Source of the DNA: Eledone cirrhosa
Taxonomy: Eukaryota
NCBI GenBank assembly: GCA_964016885.1
Contig: OZ024742.1
Span: 83,328,001-83,392,000 of the forward strand
Direction of reading: 5' to 3'
DNA: 64,000 nucleotides
Positions 58,351 to 64,000 of this stretch are shown here, piece by piece. The notes under the pieces were generated by a model that saw only the letters and a list, made by a program, of their open reading frames with translations, was not told where the DNA came from and did no database searches. Positions within the stretch are counted from its first letter, which is position 1; each line of letters starts with the position of its first letter. Position numbers and translations under genes: made by a program.

Positions 58351-59959
58351 GGTCGTAGTAGTAGTATATTTTATTGTTGTGTTTGGGTTTGGTGGGGCTG
58401 TTGTTGTTTAAACCCAGTTTAGTAATGATGGTATAAGGTCCTCAAAACGCGACTGTCCCATCATTTTATAATGAATATAGGGCACCATCAGTGACACAAT
58501 AAGATCTATTCACCTTTTGGCAACCCGTATGACACCAAGTTTACTGTTTCTAGCAACCATCAGAATTCACGGGCCACGAGAATATGACGTGCTATTGATT
58601 CGTAGTTTAATTAATTAATAAAAGAGAACACAATTTTGGCCACCATCTCTCATTTATTACCTTTATAATATGGCTCTCATACTGTTAATCAGCAAACTGT
58701 AAACTTGCGAGATTAATTTTGTGCCAAGACACGTGGTATGATACCTCTAAGCAATGTATTTATACTTTTGATTTCGCCTTGAAAAGTTGTTTCGACTTAT
58801 CCTATTGAAAATTAATTTGCCGCCCTCTGTAAATTTGACCAGCACTAGACTCATATTTTATCTCTTTTGCTTCATGCATCTTTATATCTTTCCATTTTGC
58901 TTTATCTTCTTTACTGTTTTGCCTTTCTCTTTCTCCTATTTTATCTTTTCTTTTCCATATTTATTTATTTCACTTTCCTCGCTTCTTTCTTTATGTCTTT
59001 ATTTTACTTTTCTCTTTTCCTTTTTTTTTTACTTGATCCAGTCATTCATGAAACGTGATTTCTTCTTCTTGTCACTTTTCTTGCTACTACAGCGGCATCT
59101 GCTCCTGGTATAAAGGCACTCGGGAGCCAGTGTCACCTGCTGTCGCCAGCTTGTGTCACCCAGCAAGAAAATACATTTGACTCATTTCTTCCATAATTGC
59201 AACCCACTGGAATTCTTCAGAATCCATCTCACTCACACACATCAACTATTCTAATCTCAGCAGGTCGCGAGCAACTGCAAAAGTTATAAAACTTTAACTT
59301 ATTTCCTTAAACAATCACCTTCAATTTACCATTTAAAATTACAAGACAGAATTGAAAGAGTTACTGATCAGTCTCTGGAACTCTAACTCGTATCTAATGA
59401 ATGAAATGAACTATAAACAGATTGTGTGCTTGTATTGCTGAAACGATAAAGCAAAAAACATCAAACTCCATAGAATTATAATTCTAAGCCTCTGAATCGG
59501 TCTTAATCGTAATGGTAAAATAAAAACAACGTTCTAATTACAGATCGAACTGACACATAATTGAGCTATAACGTAGGTATCGCAAAATGGTTACGAATTT
59601 CGCTTTGCAATTATCTGGTTCCTGATTCACTCCTGATTCCAGTACGAATAGATCTAACAAAATATATTCTAGCATGGCATTTGTTTAACCTAACTTGTTT
59701 CAGTGAGAATAGGTACTCAGAATCTATGATGAGAGGATCGTAGAAGGGAATTCAATATTTCTTGTTTGGGAAACATAATCCGACAGCAAGATTTCATCGA
59801 CGTTTTTGTCATTATCCACTCGGCTGGAAGCAACTAGACTACTCTCTGTATTTATAGTAACGTTACTTTAAAACTGCAGCAAGCCAGGACTCGTGATTTC
59901 CCTTTCCTTTTCACCTCCCGGTTCAGAACCTCCACAAATATACGCTGACATAAAGCTAA

Positions 59960-61165
59960 CAGATATTGAGAGTGGGAGAAGTTGATCATATCGACTCCGG
60001 TACTTTACTGGTACTTACTTTTATCAAATAGGGAAAGACGTAAGGCAATGTTGACCTCGACGAGATTTGAACTCACAACATAAAATGACGTAACTAAATG
60101 CTGCAAATTATTTCGTCCGTCTATTGATGCTGCCAACCACTCTTCCGACTTAACAATAGTCTCTCCATTTGGCACAAGGCCAGCAATATGAAAGGAAGAG
60201 AAACTCGATTAAATTGACCCCAGTACGTTACTGGCACTTTATTTTATTGACCCCGCAACGATGAAAGCCAAAGATAAACTCAGTGAGATTTGAACTCAGA
60301 ACGTAAAGAACTGTATTTAAATGCCACAAAGTATTTTGTAAGACGTTCTATCGCTACTGCCAATCCAATCTCTTCTTACTAAATAATGATTACTGATTTA
60401 GGCACAAGGTCAACAATTTTTTTTTTGGGGGGGGGGGGGAGTCGATTAAATCGAATCCCAATGCATTACTGGTACTTTAATTTATCGACCCCGTAAGGAT
60501 GGAAGGCAAACCTATCTCGACGAGATTTGAACGGAGACTATAAAGGGCTGAAATCATATGCGAATTTCTGATTTAAACACCAGGTCAGCAATTTGGGAAG
60601 GTCGATTAAATCGAACGCAATACTGATACTTTGTTCTATCGGTTCCGTAAGGATGAAAAAGAAACTTTACCTCGACCGGATTTGAACGCAGAAGGAAAAG
60701 AGCCCTAATTATATGCCCCACAGCCTGTTGTCCGACGCTCTATCGATATTGCCAATCCATCACACCCTTCTTATTGAATAATGGTTTCCGATTTAGGCAC
60801 AGGGGTCACCATTTTTTTTAGAGGAGAATGTCGATTAAATCGATACAGTGCATTACTGGTACTTTATTTTATCGATCCTGTAAGAATGAAATGCAAAGCT
60901 AACTTCGGCGGGATTTGAACTTAGAACGTAAAAGACCATCTGCATATGCCGAAAAGCGTATTGTATGATGCTCTACTGGTACTGCCAATCTTACTAAATA
61001 ACGTTTTCTGATTTAGACACCAGGCCAGTGCATTACTGGTACTTTATTGTATCAACTCAATAAGGATGAAAGTCATAGCTAATGTCATCGATATTTGAAC
61101 TCAACTCTATGACTCAAAGCATGTTGTCTGACGCTCTCCCGATACAACCAATCACCCGCCCTTTA
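59960..61165 (-). repeat. Head-to-tail array of about six Meta-like SINE copies
   Basis: gatttgaac B-box cores near 60064, 60287, 60524, 60679, 60912, 61092; further decayed copies at 61310-61430 and 61860-62000. Confidence 0.9.
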
Positions 61166-62406
61166 CTTCTTACTAAATAATTAAAATAAATATTGAACAA
61201 AATTAGTACTACTTTAAAAAAGACGAAAGGAGGTGGTACTATCGCCAGGTCGCAAGTCCTGGGAGAAGGGTGCGGTATTTGATATTAAAATGTACAGTGC
61301 CTGACCAGATAATCCACAAACCTGGTACTATATTATTCGAAGGACCGAAAGGTAAAGTTAACCTCGGAGTTATTTGAACTCGAAGAAATTCGTAACAAAT
61401 ACCGACGCTCTAATGTCTCTGCTAATTCGGAAACAAAGTTCTGGAAGATAGTAAAATTATTTAAAATCAACCCTTTCTACATGTTTCGAAGTTTCTGTCG
61501 CGCTGTTTGCCAGATATCCTTTAATGTACATCTTACGAAGAAGTAAACAAATTAGTTTTTCGCTCCCTGCTCCATGCACGGGTCCGACGGTGAACGCCTT
61601 GTTTATATCTTAGCTGCAAGGGATTTCTTTTCTTTCTTTGGAAAATTCCTGAGTTTGGATTCTTTTTCATCTGAAAATAAATTATTCCCACGTTTAGTCA
61701 ATTCCCTTACTTAACTATGGCTTGGGATTGGTCACCATCCCTACTAGAATTACAAAAACCAATCATAGGATATCCGATTATGAGAAAAAAATGAGAGAGA
61801 CAAGGATAAGCGGCCTCATTGCGCAAATAACTTAAGATAATTTTAAAGTTAAGCACATGTCATTTATTGGTGCCATATATTATCGAATCCTAGAGGATGA
61901 AATGCAGAGCTAATCTCAGGTATATTTCAACTTAAAAGGTCGCAACTAAATACCACAAAGCCTTTTATCCGACGCTATAACAATTCTGCGATTCCACCGC
62001 ACTATTAACTCATAATGATAAATTGTTGCAACTTCTCTTAATATCACTTTAACTACACCGAATTCATTTGTCATATATTTAAATGAAATTAATGATTTAT
62101 GGCAGCAATCAGTTTTAAACGCAATAATAATCATCACATTTCTGAACCTGTGAGTTGACAGGTGATTATCTTTCTAGTTTTTTTGCTTTTTTTATCTTAA
62201 TATTCGAGTAAATTACAACCCAGACAATTCAAAAAATACCAAACTATCGATGAAAATTGTCCATATATATGTGAGCACCTTGACAAGCCGATAAGCTCAA
62301 GGTCCGAGTGCAATTTAGTTGCACGTTGACTGCAAACCAATCGGCTAAACTGTCTATTTGCTCTTCACACCTAAAATTATATATATATATATATTTATAT
62401 ATAGAT

Positions 62407-62539
<133 letters not shown>

Positions 62540-62743
62540 TTGGTAGGATACCAGGTGGACCACAACGGACCAGAGTACTCAATACGTAGGGTAGTAGAGT
62601 GGTTAATCGGAAAAGAATCAGTTAGTTCGGATCTAGCTGTCGAAACGGCAGGAGCTCAGCAATCAGGGTCCTGGGTTTTTTCCTATATATATATATGTGT
62701 ATGTGTATGTATAAATATATATATATATGTATGTGTATATACA

Positions 62744-62817
<74 letters not shown>

Positions 62818-62819
<2 letters not shown>

Positions 62820-64000
62820 TTGAAGACTAAAATACAAAGAGGGCTCGATAAGGATAAATATATATCAAATTCTATTAAGGATTCTAATGCCGTGCACGTC
62901 CATTCCGACAAAACTGGCAACCTATATCAAGTGGAGCGCAGTACTTACCACCAACTACTGCATAATGCTGTAACTAAGGATTACCGTAAAACTTAAAACT
63001 AATCGGTGCGTCATTAATGAAATCGACGATGCTGGGTTTAAAATCACCTCTGATTTCAACATCTTGGACCCCATTTCTCCCCACCTTACCCTGAAGGATC
63101 ACAAATCCAATTTTCCGAACAACCCCTCCATTCGGCTTATTAACCCGACGAAGTCCGATTTAGGTAGACTTAGTAAAAGGATTCTTGATAGAATTATACC
63201 TGAAATTAGAAGTTTGGCGCCTATTGCAGTGTGGAACAATTCTTTCGCGGTGATTGATTGGTTCAACGGCATATGCAACAAGTAACATTGCCGTTTTATC
63301 CAATTCGACATCAATAATTACTACTCCTCCATCATTTACCACTTCTCCTTAGAGCTATCAATTTGGCTAAAACACTCACAGTGGTTAAGGATTTCGAAGT
63401 TGATGTCATCCTCAATGCCCGTAAGTCGGTGATTAATTTCGACGACTCTATTTGGATTAAAAAATCTAATAGTACCCTATTCGACGTTAGTATGGGCGCC
63501 AGCGATTCTGCCGAGGTTACTGATTTTATCGGCCTTTTCCTTCTTTTCTCTATCAAGGACGAATTCCCCAACGTGGGCGGTGGTTTGTACCGTGATGATG
63601 GTCTTTTGACTATGACTAAGTGCGGCCACGTGCTTGCGACAGGTTCAGAAAAGAACTCACAGCCTTCTTTAAAGGCTTCAACTTCTCTATACAGGTTGAG
63701 GCCAACCTCTGGGTCGTTAATTACCTCGACGTTATCCTCAATTTAACGACTGGCTTGTATTACCCGTATAGAAAGCCAAATGATACGCTTAATTACATAA
63801 GTAAGCATTCTAACCATCCTGCCAGCATAACCAAGAACCTGGTAAGAAACGTTTCTCTGAGGCTTTCCCGTCTATCTACTAACGAGCATACTTTCAACGA
63901 CCATTCCACATATTACGATGAAGCTCTTGCTCGGAGTGGATTTGTCGATAAGGTAGCATATACAGAGTACGAGAATAGACCTAGAAGAAATAGATCCCGA
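62818..64000 (+). mobile_element. Naiad-like Penelope element RT region (runs off window), after (AAT)n
   Basis: SDKTGNLY, TLKDHKSNF..RLINPTKSDLG, FIQFDINNYY, FDVSMGASDSAEV, GLYRDDGL, YRKPND..HSNHP; stops and frameshifts. Confidence 0.92.

Noticed and set aside
62595-62680. Hairpin followed by GAAA in a (TA)n island
   Set aside because: No CUGANGA core or closing helices.

Overview
AT-rich, gene-poor metazoan DNA. The SINE families and the extreme (TA)n/(CA)n load suggest an octopus or other coleoid genome (inference). No intact host gene is supportable, and most listed ORFs are microsatellite translations. The window is a mosaic of decayed transposons: several Penelope-like elements (RT + GIY-YIG), RTE, Tx1/L1, HERO-like and R4-like LINE pieces, two mariner relics, a Helitron helicase fragment, a 27-bp minisatellite and many tRNA-derived SINEs. 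The signal the ORF track misses is RNA. Reading both strands, I find about 23 type-I hammerhead ribozyme motifs (about 18 with an intact core) from about 13 sequence families. Nearly all lie in short non-coding islands between (TA)n tracts, or downstream of Penelope ORFs. Several islands are tandem or inverted arrays of 416-533 nt monomers with one hammerhead per monomer (retrozyme/pseudo-LTR-like). They show compensatory base changes between families, family-specific palindromic stem III, a recurrent U-U or C-A at the first stem II pair, and insertion junctions close to the predicted self-cleavage site.
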